A stretch of 50,737 nucleotides of DNA, filler included, from Circinaria calcarea (lineage: Eukaryota): NCBI GenBank assembly GCA_051942165.1. It is 3 parts of 3 records of this genome, joined end to end, with 100 filler letters (N's around TTAATTAATTAA, not from the genome) between each part and the next. Parts side by side here need not be neighbours in the genome. Positions count along the whole stretch, not along the records: positions 1 to 16,878 come from JAVECS010000297.1; 2 more parts are not named here. One strand, given 5' to 3'. The position numbers and the translations under genes were made by a program. Positions 1 through 12,800 of the stretch are shown piece after piece (the stretch's first letter is position 1; each line of letters starts with the position of its first letter). The notes beneath the pieces were generated by a model. The model saw only the letters and a program-made list of their open reading frames with translations, ran no database searches and was not told where the DNA came from.

Positions 1-881
1 CCTCCGCCGCTCAGACGGTTGCATCCAAGGCCTCTATTACGACCCCGTCAGTCTCCCCTACCAGCATCTGAGCCTCCGGCCCGAGAAGAAATATTTCCCC
101 AGCTATGCGTTTCGGTGAGGAGGGAGAGGGAGGGGGAAGGGGAGTCAAAGGCTTTCTTGCAATGAATGGGGCTTTGGGAACGGAGGATGGGTAACGAGGG
201 CGTTTTTCTGGCGCAAGAGAGCCCTTTCCGCGGAAGGCGGTTATGCGGGCCGTTTTAAGGGACGGGACGGGGAGTGATGTGTATGGCTCTGGGATATGTA
301 CACTCGTAGATAGATAGGAGCTAGCTGTTTATCTAAACTCCCTCTGTTCCCCTGAGGCATAGGAGAGAAGCCAGGGAGTGAAGCCAGGGGGGGTAGCAAA
401 TACTCGCTCTACATGAGCTCGATAAAAAATCCCCAAACTTATCCCCCACCTTTCTTTCTTTCTCTCTCCTCTTCACTTCACCCTTGGCTCACCTTCCCAT
501 CGCCGTTTCCCATCAGCTTCGACATTAGGAACAGGTAAAGGCCGCTCTACCCTAAACCTAAACCTAAGCTAGAATAGAACAAAACATCGTTTTCTTTTCC
601 TCAAGCCTCAACTCACGCGGCCCCCCTCCCATTTTTCCCTGGAAATTCTGGCCGTGTTTGGGGCCGGGAGTTTGAGGAAGTGAATAGAACATCACTCAAG
701 AACTCCTGCACCCACCCAGTTAGGAAAGTGGGCATTACTTTTTTTTAAAACTTTGAGAGAGTTAGGTCCGATTGCTTATTTTTCAAATTCATATCAAGTA
801 TACAAATATGTAATATGTGCACCGAGGGGTGGGTCCAGATTGATAAATTTATTATATACAGTTTGTTTTTCTTCTTTTTTT

Positions 882-2854
882 CTAATCCCGTACCTTGACG
901 CGCAGTCGATGGCTCCCTCTCGCCGCAAAAGGAATAATCATATCGCGGTTCACATCTGTATCCCTCTCGCGGGTCGTTTCGTATAACTCCAGCGTCGGTC
1001 CTTCCTGACCTCGGTAAAGATCGTACTTGCGAATTATGGTCGCTAGGATGATGAAAACTTCCTGGCGCGCAAAACTCATCCTGTCAGACCCGATTCATCA
1101 GTTTCAATCACGGTAGATTCAAAAGAGAATTGGCTTGTCTCAGATGGCTAATCTTACCAGATACAATTCCTCGTCCCCCTAGCAAAACCAACAAAAGCCT
1201 TATCGAGCCTCGGATTTTCATTCTATCTCTGTGGGCGGAATTCGTATGGATCCTCGAAGGCCTCGGGGTTCATGTGCGCAATCTGTATGGTCATGATCGT
1301 TGGTGTGCCGGGTGGAATAACGTACTCCTCGCCGTTGCGCTTGTTTTTATAATCGATGGGCAGCTCGGGCGAGACGCGGGGTAGGCGCGAGACGATACCC
1401 GGGTGGATGCGAAGGACCTCTTGGACCACGGCGCTGAAGTAGGGAAGGTTTTCGACTTGGGAGAAGGATGGGATTTGGCCTGGGTCAGGGATTGCTTCAG
1501 CGAGCTCGGCTTTTACCTTCCTGAACTCCGCCGGGTTGGCGAGGAGCTGGTATAGGGCGGCGCTGAGGGTGTATGTTGTGGTTTTAGAGGTTAGTTCCAA
1601 GGGCGTTGCCGTTTGGTGGTCGCTCAAATGATACCTGTTGTGCCTTGACCGGCAAAAACGACCAACTGTGCTTCATGTGCCAGTCTAGCGTTAGAGTTCT
1701 CTTCTTCGGGAAGCTTGCTGTTCAGGACGCCTTCGAAGATGGTACTCTTGACCTGTTCTGGATTTGACGAGTTTCTGATGTCTTCAACTTGTTCTATCCA
1801 CATCTAGAAAAGATCATCAGTGCTGAATCGGAAGGGGGAAGTATCCCAACAATTTAGTTGACCTGCCTTTTGCTTGTTCCACGTATCAGTTAGAGAGGGA
1901 ATAAATGTCTTGATGGCCCATATCGGCGCCGATGAAATCAAAGTACCAACCTAGGGGAAGTGGCAAAGCGTGGTTGAACAAATGATAGACATCAGTAGCT
2001 TTCATGTACGGGGTAGCGTAGTCTTCCTCGTCTAAAAAATGAAAGGAATCGCCAAAGGCGTACTTGGTGATGACCTCGCTTGTGCACGCTTTGAGGACGT
2101 AATGCATGGGTAGGATCTCGCCAGCCTTACCGGCGGCTTCCATACGGTGAAGTAGTTTGGCCATGCTTCCTTTCATAATAGGTTCAAGTCTGTGAATGCT
2201 GGCACTCGAGAACAAGGCATTGATTGTATTACGGCGCCGGCGGTGCAGGTCGTGGTCTACGGTTGCGACAATGGAGTTCTGGGCTAGGAGTGGAAAAGGG
2301 TTAGTTGATATCCGCTTTGTAGGCCTGTGATCCGGCATTCTTACTTCCTGCTCTTCTGCCTGTGAAAACGTACTGGTCAGTCTTTCTCGCTGGACATGGG
2401 AAGAGCGGATCAATAAAGTCCGGGTCATTGAAGTGGACCTCGTGAGGGTTGATCCGAACAATCGGGCCTTGAATCCACGATATCAGTCAAAACTAAAGTT
2501 AAAGGCACAGGCCTTGGGACCAATACCATATTGTCTGTGCATCTCAGCGATCTTGCAGAAATATTGACCGTCTAACCAGACGTCATAGTAAATTTCGTAC
2601 CAATATGTCATCGCTAGACGGAGGGAGGAGGCCTTTAATGGGTTTTATCAAATACAAGGCAGTCGCTGGGTCTTCCTACCAGCCGGTTTGGGTCCTGGAA
2701 TCTTTGCAAGAGGAGACGAGATCACTTTGGCCAAAGAGTTAACAACATCTCTCTAACGACATGATTCCGGGATGCTTACGCCGGTATGCAAAAGACAGAA
2801 AAAGTAGGCAAGCGATGCTGCAATCGCGACATAGAGAGTTGGCAGGCTAAGCAT
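882..2854 (-). pseudogene. Cytochrome P450 (secondary-metabolite type), disrupted
   Basis: Multi-exon model: N-terminal anchor MLSLPTLYVAIAASLAYFF, SPLAKIPGP, GPIVRINPHEVHFNDPDF, ExxR (EVLR), PYEFRPQR, heme motif FARGTRNC. Lesions: frameshifts near 2790 and 1965, TAG stops near 1950 and 1223, an intron acceptor reading AA instead of AG near 1576. Confidence 0.9.
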
Positions 2855-4082
2855 GCCCTGATGCCTCCAGTCATTGAGGCCATGCTCGAGACTAATCTGG
2901 GTGCTTCCTCGAGACGTTTGTAGGACCTGTATGAAACTGGACATTGTTCCAGATACCACTTGCCTCCAATAGCATGTGCCAGAGATTGAGCAAGTCTTAA
3001 GTGTGGAGAGAGTTGGACGGTGCTCTGATGCTTGGGGGGCATGTTCGTTGATTTGTTTCAATGTGTACTCGCACTTTGCCATAACGCTGCAGCGTTCCGC
3101 TGGTTAATATCGAGTGTGAAGGCTTCCAGAGCTAGCCCATGATGCAAGCGCCTATCGTACATAATAGACGTGCCAATAAGGGTTATATTGAATAAGCATA
3201 CTTTGTAAATATTATCCAGGATCAACAATTATGGTGTTTAGCTAAATTTTGTAAGAGGTTTGTTATGTACGGTACCGATACATATCAGTAAGCCTAATAG
3301 CGTAAAGGACAGGTGGCAGGCCTACCATGCTCACGCGGAATCAAGAGAAGGGTCGACTAACATAACTGTAGAATTACAGTGAAGCCATGTAAAGCTAGGC
3401 TGGGGCACCCTCGCTGTCATTCCGCGCTTACATAGCATCCTCCAATGACTAACAAGTTTAGCTTAAAAACTCCCGCTAAGGTACCGCGCGGTTCGGGGGT
3501 ATTACACTGCAGTAGCTGCCGGGTAAGCATGGTAATAAGCGCGGCATGCCCAGTAAGCTTACTGCATTATCATGATGATCCGATCTGCAAAACCGAGTGT
3601 CAGCGCATAAGCATCCGGCATTGGCGGTGGCCCAGGTAAAGTTAGTACACAGTAAGCTGCTCGGTACCTGCACTTCTAGCGTACTAAAGCTTGCCGAAGA
3701 AATAGGCTAAATTTTCAGATGAATTTCGGCTGCCTTGATTGTAAATCCTACCGTATATGCTAAGAAGCTGGTAGTGCTAACAGCTGGGTCCACCGTCCCC
3801 CAGCCAAGGCCTTCCTACGGCTGAGATGGTGAGCCTTGTTCACCTATGTCATCGGCCGCGTATGTAGGATTGGACTAGGAACTAAATCTGGCCTCGATAG
3901 AAGACGGCGAAGCTGTCAAGCGATATGGGACGTTGCCGTTAGAGCTTGATGAATTCGTAATAAACATGGCTGAAGCCTTGACTTTTACCATGACAGCCAA
4001 TCTCCTCGTTTTTTGAATTCTGTCATTTGCTACTGCGATTTCCCTTACCGCTTCGTTTTGAAAGGCTTTGAATTTTCCGACA

Positions 4083-5866
4083 ATGCACGCGTATGCACAG
4101 TGTTTTCTAGCTGCAGCTGTCATCTTATCTGGGTGCGTGGCAGCCCCAGCCAACAAATCGACAGAAACGACCTGTCACTACTTGCCAGGGGACCTTCGCT
4201 GGCCTAGTCGTACTGAATGGAAACGATTGAACGAATCCGTTAGCGGTAGGCTCATCGCTGGGAAACCTCTGGCTCAGGCTTGCCATGGGTCCGACTTCGA
4301 CCCCGGTGCATGTGCTGAGCTTCAGAGAGAATCGACTAAACCACCGATTTAGTTAGTCCTACCCCAAAGCCAATCTGTGACCTATCCTGCTTATATCGAA
4401 ATCTTAGCTTCGAAGATCCTATTAACGTCATGTCGCCCTACTAGTTGAATAATTCTTGCAGTGCTTTCACGTCTCCGGAGCAAGCCTGTACGCTGGGCAA
4501 CATTGCCTCTTACGCCGTCAACGTCAACAGCGCAGATGACGCTGCCGCCGGGCTCAAATTTGCCAAGGAAAAGAATATCCGATTCACGGTTAAGAACACT
4601 GGCCACGATTACCTCGGCAGATCCACCGGCGAGGGAGCCCTGGCACTATGGACACACAATTTGAAAAACATGTCCTTTTTTAACTACACTAGCCTCGACT
4701 ATACCGGCCCCGCCGTCAGGCTGGGCGCTGGTGTTCAGGCGTATGAAGTTAACAAGGCCGCTGCCGACCACGGCCTGCGAGTCACAGGCGGTTTCTGTCC
4801 TACCGTCGGCATAGTAGGAGGTTACGTCCAAGGCGCCGGTCACGGACCTCTCGAAGGCATATACGGTCTTGGCGCAGACAACACGTTGGAGTTTGAAGTC
4901 GTGACTGCCAACGGCAAGCATCTCGTGGCCACTCCTACGGAGAACTCGGATCTGTACTGGGCGCTGAACGGCGGAGGTGGGAGCACCTACGCCGTGGTCC
5001 TCTCACAAACAACCAAAGCCCATGCTGATGGCCCTGTCGCGGGCGGATCATTGACGTTCAACAACACGAATGATGACGCGTATTGGTCCGCACTAGAGGC
5101 CTGGCAAAAGCGCCTCCTCGTTTTCGACAACATCGTCGGCTTCAATAGCTTCTGGGGCTTCACGAACGAGACATTTGTGCTCTACTCCGCAACGCTACCC
5201 GGCGCAAACGCATCCACCATGTCCGCGGCCTTTGATCCGTTTATCCAAGAGCTCAAAAAGCTCAATGTGGTGCATACCTATCAAACGAGTGGTAATTCGA
5301 CTTATTACGAGCATTACGCGCAGTACACCCCTGAACTGCCGTTCGGAATCTACACAACAAACTCGATCCTTGGCGGGCGCCTGATCCCATGGTCGACTGT
5401 GCAAAACAATCTGACGGACCTGCTTGGTACCTTCCGCAACATCACAACGGCCGGAGCCTACCCATTCCGAATCAACGGCGTCGCGTCCAACGTGACCCAC
5501 GCACGCGTCGGGAACACCGCCGGCTCCAACGCCGTGCTTCCTGCATGGCGGGACTCGCTTTATTGGCTGAACATGGACGTCTACTTCGACCCGGCGGGGT
5601 CGGTGGAGACGATTCAAGAACTTCAGGCGCAAATGAACGAGAACCAGGACCAGCTCAAGGTGCTGACTCCCGGAGCCGGAGCGTACATGAACGAGGGCAC
5701 GTTTGACAATCCGGATTGGAAGCAGGATTACTACGGAGCAAACTATGACCGGTTGTTGGCCGTCAAGAGGAAGTATGATCCGAACTTCATCCTGTACGGA
5801 CCTGCATTTGTTGGGAGCGACTATTGGACCGTGGCCTCGGATGGAAGGTTATGCAAGGCTCGCTAG
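4083..5866 (+). pseudogene. Secreted BBE-like FAD-linked oxidoreductase with one premature stop
   Basis: Signal peptide MHAYAQCFLAAAVILSGCVA; intron ~4352-4407; KNTGHDYLGRS (covalent FAD His), CPTVG, C-terminal YMNEG..YGANYDRLLAVKRKYDP. In-frame TAG at 4442-4444 (SPY*LNNSC, Trp expected). Confidence 0.88.
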
Positions 5867-6532
5867 AAGATGGAGAAGGGTTTATAATCGAACTGAATGT
5901 TTTTCTCCTATGTCTAGAATACCGGTTTTTTTGGTTATATTATCAAATCCATTGTATACACTGTTCTGGATATATATACATGCTTTTGTTTCAATGCCAT
6001 TTTTCCCACCCTCTTTCCCTTTACTTTTATTTCAATGCCTTTTTTCCCACCCTCTTTCCCTTTACTTTTAGATTAGTGACATAGCCAGCCTAAAGAATTT
6101 AAAATAGGTAGCGAGGTTCACGTGGAATTTACAGAGAACGTTTGCATGATGTTTTTATTCAGCGCTGCCAGTAATCCGGACTGCGAACTGGCAGTCCACC
6201 GTAATCGTCCAAAACACGTATGGAAACTTGCAGGTAAGTGGGGGCGTGGACTGGGAAACGTATACGCACGCACGTGCCGATTTTGGTTCATGTGCACGCA
6301 GATCTTTGATTCATTTACCTATTTATTAAATGGAATAATATGTAGATCCTAGACGGTCTCCTTAACGCTCTGGACTACTGGCGACCTTTAAATTTTTATG
6401 TCAATATATCTCATTTACTCGACACTCTGAATTGCAGGCATCGCGATGAACATATTTCTAAATGCCGCGAACCGCTTATGTTCTAACACTTGGAATAAAA
6501 CTGGAAGATCAGGATACGGCGGAAAACAGCCA

Positions 6533-7445
6533 TTACCATGGCACCTGTTTACCGTCCCATACCCACAGCTTCCCCCCATGAGTCTCTCTTTTGGCAACGT
6601 CGATTACCTTGATCATTCCCGTAACGCTCTGTTCCACGGTGATAGCAGCCTTCTCATACCCAAAAGCTTCAGCGCCGCGGTTGCCAATGTCTGTCTGAAC
6701 CCAGCTATAGACAGTGAGTGAAAAGTTACATTACAACTTCACCGACTCCTTTCGGACTTACCCTGGATCGATAGGAAACGCGATAAGCTCAGGCTCCTCA
6801 AGGTGGATTGCCTTGGTAAGCCAGTGGAGAACAACTTTCGTTGGTGCATAGGTGGCGTTTTGCATAGGGATCATGTCCCTACGGGATGTTAATGCCCGTG
6901 GCATATGTACGGGTTGCAGAACGGATGTCACTCACTGGATCACGGAGGTTAGCAAGGCAACGCCCAACATCTTAGGCATGTTCCAGCACACTTACCGTGA
7001 GGAATGCGGAACAAGAACCTATGCTCACCCACATGGGATTTTTCGACTTCTTGAGCAAGGGCAGAGTAGCTTGGTAGAGCCAGATGATGCCGTAGGTATT
7101 GGGAACGGTATGCTTTTGCATATCCTCGACCTTGACCTCGGAAACCTTGGGCCAAATGTAGGCGACCCCAGCGTTGGCAATGATGATGTCAAGGTGATCG
7201 ATGCCATTGGATGCAAGCTGCTTCACAGCGTCGGCAGGGTCAGTGGGGACGGTGGCGTCGATCTTGACGAGGAGGAGAGAGGTGCCTTCAGCCTTGGGCA
7301 AATCCGCGAGAACTTTGGAAGTTGGATGATTGGGGTCGCGGTTGGCGGCAATGACGGTGTGGTTTGGTTTGGCGAGGTAAAGCTCAAGGAGGCCCTTGCC
7401 AATGCCTCTGTTGGTGCCGGTGATCAGCACAACGGTTGGTGCCAT
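6533..7445 (-). CDS. Short-chain dehydrogenase/reductase (Nor-1/CitE-like), apparently intact
   Basis: TGTNRGIG Rossmann motif, ANAG, catalytic YAPTK, DPGWVQTD. Exons 7445-6997, 6878-6762, 6704-6533; the frame is open only if the first intervening sequence is spliced as a stwintron. Confidence 0.9.
6879..6996 (-). other. Spliceosomal twin intron (stwintron), [D1,2] and/or [A2,3] type
   Basis: Minus strand reads AC G GTAAGT...GCTAAC...CCAG TGAGT...ATTAAC...CGTAG G GAC ATG. Removing 6995-6935 creates the donor GTGAGT; removing the resulting 57-nt intron gives in-frame ACG GAC ATG. Confidence 0.82.
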
Positions 7446-7945
7446 AATGTGGTGGAATCGCAGAAAAAGGGAGGTAGGGAATAGTAGGAATTTGTGACGG
7501 CAAGATATAGTAGCTGAAGTTGCACGTGCATGGTAAGCAAAGCGCAGTCATGCTGCCTGGTGAGCAAACACGTGCCGATTACACTGCTTACGGCTCTAAC
7601 CAGCATTGGGAGTTTGGGAGTCTGCCCATTCAGAGGGAAGAAGCCGATCCATGAGTATATATGTACAGTGCAAAAAGGCGTGGAAGGAAACGGCTGATCT
7701 GCAGGGTCTCTCGGAAACGCTGTTTACGAATTTGCAGGGTCATACGGTATGTCTCGCGCTTCCCTCTATATCTAATTATATTTGTACTAAGCCGGATACC
7801 ATAGCCTTGGCAAAGTCCCCCACTCACGGGATTCTATGGAATACGCTCAACATCTGAGGCAACTTCTGAGGCTGACCACGCCATGTTATAACCTTACACA
7901 ACATGAATCCGAACTACCATTTTTTTTAGCATCGATGGCAAGGAC

Positions 7946-9007
7946 TCAGTCCTTCATCTTCCCCTCTACCGCTGCCCTTATTAAATCTGCCTGGGCTTTC
8001 AAAATCTCCTCGGACCCATCTCAGCTGAGCACAGTCAAATGTCCTTTGCCTTCCGCCAGGTAGAATCTTTTGGGCTGCTTAAACCTGTCAAACGCTTCCT
8101 TCTGCTTTTCGGGAGGTGACATGGTATCCAACTCTGGGGTGATCATCATAACCGGCGTAGCGTCGACCATCTTGAGCAGCTCCTTGGGATGCCACATTAC
8201 CAGCTTGTGATATATCTGCAGCGTGATACAATTGCGAAAGTTTGGCGCGCCTCGGTCGATAACTGCGTTCATGAAACCATATACTTCAACTCCTCCTGGC
8301 CCTCCGGAGCCCGCCATCCCAATAGGGTTCTCTCCCTTACTGTTGAATGGTGGTAGCGTGAACGCTTCATTGCCTCGCAGTTGCGATTGTCGGTCTTTGA
8401 TGAGTTGAAGAAAGGCCTTCTCCCTCTTTTCTGGTTTGTAGAAGCTCAAAATTGGGCATACCATCACGAGTGCTTTTACCCGGCGGTCGACTGCTGCCGC
8501 GCACGCACTCACCGTCCCTCCAAAAGACACACCCCAAAGCGTGATGCGACTCACATCTACATTTGATAATGTGGTAACGTACGTCAGGATGTCTGTCAAC
8601 TATGAGTCGCTCAATAATCCTAAACGGCCACGGGGAAGTGACATATTGATGGCTGATTGCTACACTTACCTACCAAATCCTCGGCTTGCTATAGAGGATC
8701 AATTTGATTTCTGGGAAGTCCATCGCTGTCCCCAATGCTTCGTGGGTCATATATAAGTGTGCTGTAGCCCATAGACTGAAAGCTTGCAGCAACCTCCGGT
8801 AAAAGCATTTCTTTGACGCAATTGAACTGCGCTTCTGTAAATTATGTGGACAAAAAAAAAGACTGTATAAACAGCGGGTATAATACTTACACCAGGCGCC
8901 ATGATAATCGTGGGTGCTCGGCCCTCGGCTGGGTAAAACCATCCTCGGATGGTAATACTGTCAATGGTCTTGCACTCCACCTTCTGATAGCCAGAGAGAG
9001 GGGGCAT
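7946..9007 (-). pseudogene. Alpha/beta-hydrolase polyketide thioesterase/transferase (Af380/DcsB-like), disrupted
   Basis: Three exons; FNCVKEMLLPEVA, YDPRSIGDSDG, nucleophile elbow WGVSFGG, PELD, KGH triad. Premature TAG at 8689-8691 (Gln expected) and TGA at 8021-8023; reading continues to a likely true stop at 7946. Confidence 0.87.
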
Positions 9008-9855
9008 GTCGATGGAGTTGAGAACAGTTTATAAGGTAAATCACGGCTATAGCCCAGAGCTTGACAAAGATAAAGGGACGTTAAATTGTAGATTTGACTT
9101 TTGACTGTTGTTTTCGAGCGTTTCTCGCCCATTGGCCAGAGAACCGGCTTATCGAGCTTATGCAGCTTACTTTATCTCCCATCTTATCCTTAACCTTGCC
9201 AAGAGTTATGCAGCAAACCAAGATTCTTGAAAGGGGCTAGATATTAAGTCGGAGGATTAATTCGGAGAATGCTAAACCACTGTCAACTGGCTTAACTCCA
9301 TACCCTAGGTATTGAGCGAATGCAAGATAATCCGTGCTAAGAAAGCTGACCATTACCCGTTACTTACGGCGCTACTGCAGGGTCATGCAAGGGCTAACAG
9401 GGTCTAACGGGTAAGCTTTTTAGGGAAAAGCCTTGGTTATGTCTAACCTCAAGTCAGAATTCCAGATGAGACATAAGGCTTAAAATAATCGGCATCTAAA
9501 GTTGAAAAATCTTCCACCTCGGAATCCTACACGATGTCATACAGAGTAAACCTAAGTGATCTTCGATAATAATAGGAAAATTTCTATGCTTCAAGAACTT
9601 GATGTGGCATCATCAGGATAGCCGCGCTAATGAATCATTCTAAGAGTAAACTACTGTTTGTAAGATGACTACCCAATTACCTAACCTCTTTTATAACCCC
9701 CGAGCCTGGCGGAGGTTGCTTACCATGCGCTCAATCATGGGTGCGAGGTTGAGCGTTGACTATATTTACACCAAGCGATGTCCTTTGAATTAGATAGGGA
9801 ATCGGTCCGGTGTTGAATTATATTATCTAACCTGGACAGATATCAGTCCTGCAAT

Positions 9856-12800
9856 ATGGAGAAGGCCTACCAAGTACAGGAGCCGGCCGCCATTGTAGGC
9901 TTTGCATGCCGACTGCCAGGTGGCAATACCACTCCACACAAGCTTTGGGAGTTCCTTGAGAAAGGAGGCGTTGCATCGAACAAAGTTCCAAAGTCAAGAT
10001 TCAATGTCACGGGACACTGGGATGGATCCCATAAACCCCGTACTATGCGGCCACTTGGCGGCATGTTTCTAGAAGAGATTGACCCAGCGGACTTTGATGC
10101 TTCATTTTTCGAAATTTCTCGGGCCGAAGCCATTTCAATGGATCCAAACCAACGCCAGATGCTTGAAGTGGTCTTCGAAGGACTTGAAAATGCAGGTATT
10201 ACGCTAGAGAGTTTAGACGGGGCTCCTGTAGGGTGTTTTGTTGGATCTTATGCATCAGGTCAGTGACGTGAAAGTCATGAGGAAAAAATAAAGGACGTCG
10301 TGTTTAGACGCAATCTAGACTATGCCGATATGCTGCCTATACCGCCGGTTTTCTCAGCCGAGCTGACGCTATTACAGCGGCATTCTATAGAGGTCGTGCC
10401 ACTCTCAACTGTAAAGAAGGGTTTGACAGCGATGTTGGTATGTTGGCGGTGGGCTTAAGTACCGAAGCGCTCGCTCTATACTTGGAGAAATACGAGGCCA
10501 GCGCATGGATCGCGTGCTTTAACAGTCCCAGCAGTCTAACAGTTTCTGGGAAATGTCCTGCGCTCGAAGCATTAAAGAATGAGATCCAAACCGCCGGTCA
10601 CTTCGCTAGGCTTTTGCAGGTCGATCTTGCTTACCATTCGGAGCTTATGAACATCATTGGCCAAGAATATGAAAAGCTACTGGACAAGAAATTCAATCCA
10701 CTCTGTGGATCTTCAGATATTTCCATGTTCTCCTCGGTCACTGGGTCTAAGAAGACTGATGCCACCGATGCATTATATTGGAAAACGAACATGGTCTCAC
10801 CAGTCCGTTTCAATGAGGTAGCCAAGGAGATGCTCTCCGAGCATAATGGTTCAAACTTCTTAATCGAAATAGGTCCATCGGGTGCCCTGGCGGGTCCTGT
10901 CTCTCAGATTAAGAAATCTTTGCCAAGCCAGGGCACAGACATCTTATATTGCGCATCTTGGTCTCGAGGCGTCGACGCTGGAAAATCTATTTTTGATGTC
11001 GCAGGCCGCTTGTTCATCGTAGGCGGTTCCATCAATATAACACAAATCAACCAACAGGCACCGAGTAAGAGTGATAGAAAACCTTCCACGATCATAGACC
11101 TTCCCAATTACGTTTGGAATCATTCTATCAAGTATTGGCACGAAAATGAGGCGAGCAAAGACTGGCGGTTTAAGAAGTACGTCCATCATAACTTGCTCGG
11201 TAGCAAAGTTCTCGGAAGCTCCTGGAGAGCTCCAAGCTGACGAAAGCTCTTAAACCTTGCCGACGTTCCATGGCTGAAAGACCATAAAATAGGCCCAGAT
11301 GTGCTGATGCCCGGCTCCGGATATATTACCATGGCTTTAGAGGCATTGTGGCAGAAGAAACAAGCAATCAATCCCGATGATACAGTCACGTCACCCAACA
11401 ATTTATGCTACAGGTTCAGAAACATCCGCTTCAATAAGGCTCTGGTGCTTGACGAGGGCAAAGAGGCCGTCATCATGCTATCGCTGACCGAACAGCCCGG
11501 AACCAAGGACTGGCATGAGTTCCGTATCTTTTCATCGACCGACGACGTTTTTATGGAGTATTGCTCTGGTCTGATCCGTTTTCAAGATCCCATTAATAAG
11601 CCCTTGGCTGAAGCCAATTTTGCGCCCCTCAAATACTCAATATCTGACCAATTGTAGTACAAAGCTCAGAGCGAAATTGGGTACGGCTTCGGACCCGACT
11701 TTTAGAAGTTGTTTAAGATCGAGTTAATTAATAGTCAGCGATACTGCCGCAGTTTGGTATCATTAATAGAGCCAAAATCAAAATGGTCTCCCCAATCTTA
11801 TTACCCTATCCATCCAGTATCGCTCGATGCATGCTTCTAGATAATTATTCTATCGTTATAAACGGGAGAGCGCAGCTCACTGAATGCCGTCTTGGTACCT
11901 TCGATAATTAATAGCCTTATTGTTAACAAGGTCGCAGCTAGCCTCAAAGAGGGCCTTTCGATTGCGAATTCAGAATATTCTGGCCGCGGTCGTTCTGAAG
12001 AAGCCAAGAGTTATTTTTCAAACTGCTCCGTCTATGATTCCAAGAGCGGCGCATTCCTCATGCAAATGTCTGGACTTCATTTCGCCAAGCTAGATATGGG
12101 TACGAAGGCCAATCCCCACACGTTCGACCGGATTTCTTGGAAGCCTGATATTACTTTCCACTTATCTTCCGGCGGCAAATCCAGCAATAAAGACCAACAT
12201 GATCATTGATTTGATCGCACACAAGAAGCTTGCTTTAAGAGTTCTGGAGGTCAACCTCGACACGATAGATGCTTCATGCCTATGGTTTGAGGCTGGCGAT
12301 GCGTCATCGAGAGCCGCTTTTCTCGAGTATGATTTCACTTCTTCCGACGCCAAAAGCCTAATCAGTGCCCAAACAAAGCACGAAGCTAAGAGAAACTCTT
12401 CGTTTCTCATGATGAACCCCAATAAAGATGCATTCGGTCTGCAAAAGACAGCCTACGACCTTGTCATCTTAAAAGTTGCGGAGAACGCGACGGCGAGCAT
12501 GGATAGGTTGGTCAAAAACCTTAAGCCGCTTCTTTCCGACGAGGGTCATGCGCTCTTCGTACAACGAAGAGAAACAATACCGGGCGTCGAGTTTGATAGT
12601 GGTGATCACTCGCCCGAAACACCTGGAACACCCGAAATGCTGCTCGAGTCTTCTACCCTTCCACCGGGCACGCCTGCGAGTTCGATTAGCGAAAATTCAG
12701 GATCCGAAAATCTTCAGAAGCAAAAGTGCCCGTTCTCTCAAAAGTAGAGGCTGCAGAGACGCAGTTTCTGGAGTTTGATCCGATGATTGCCGTTGAAAAC

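Noticed and set aside
550..567. Telomere-like CCCTAAACCTAAACCTAA
   Set aside because: Three degenerate units only, not TTAGGG arrays; most likely a simple repeat.
3440..3800. TAAG/CTTA-rich stretch in the divergent promoter (similar at 9330-9430), possible transposon relic
   Set aside because: No terminal repeats, target-site duplication or coding remnant could be identified.
6879..6995. SDR apparently frameshifted, suggesting a fifth pseudogene
   Set aside because: The frameshift disappears when the intervening sequence is spliced as a stwintron.
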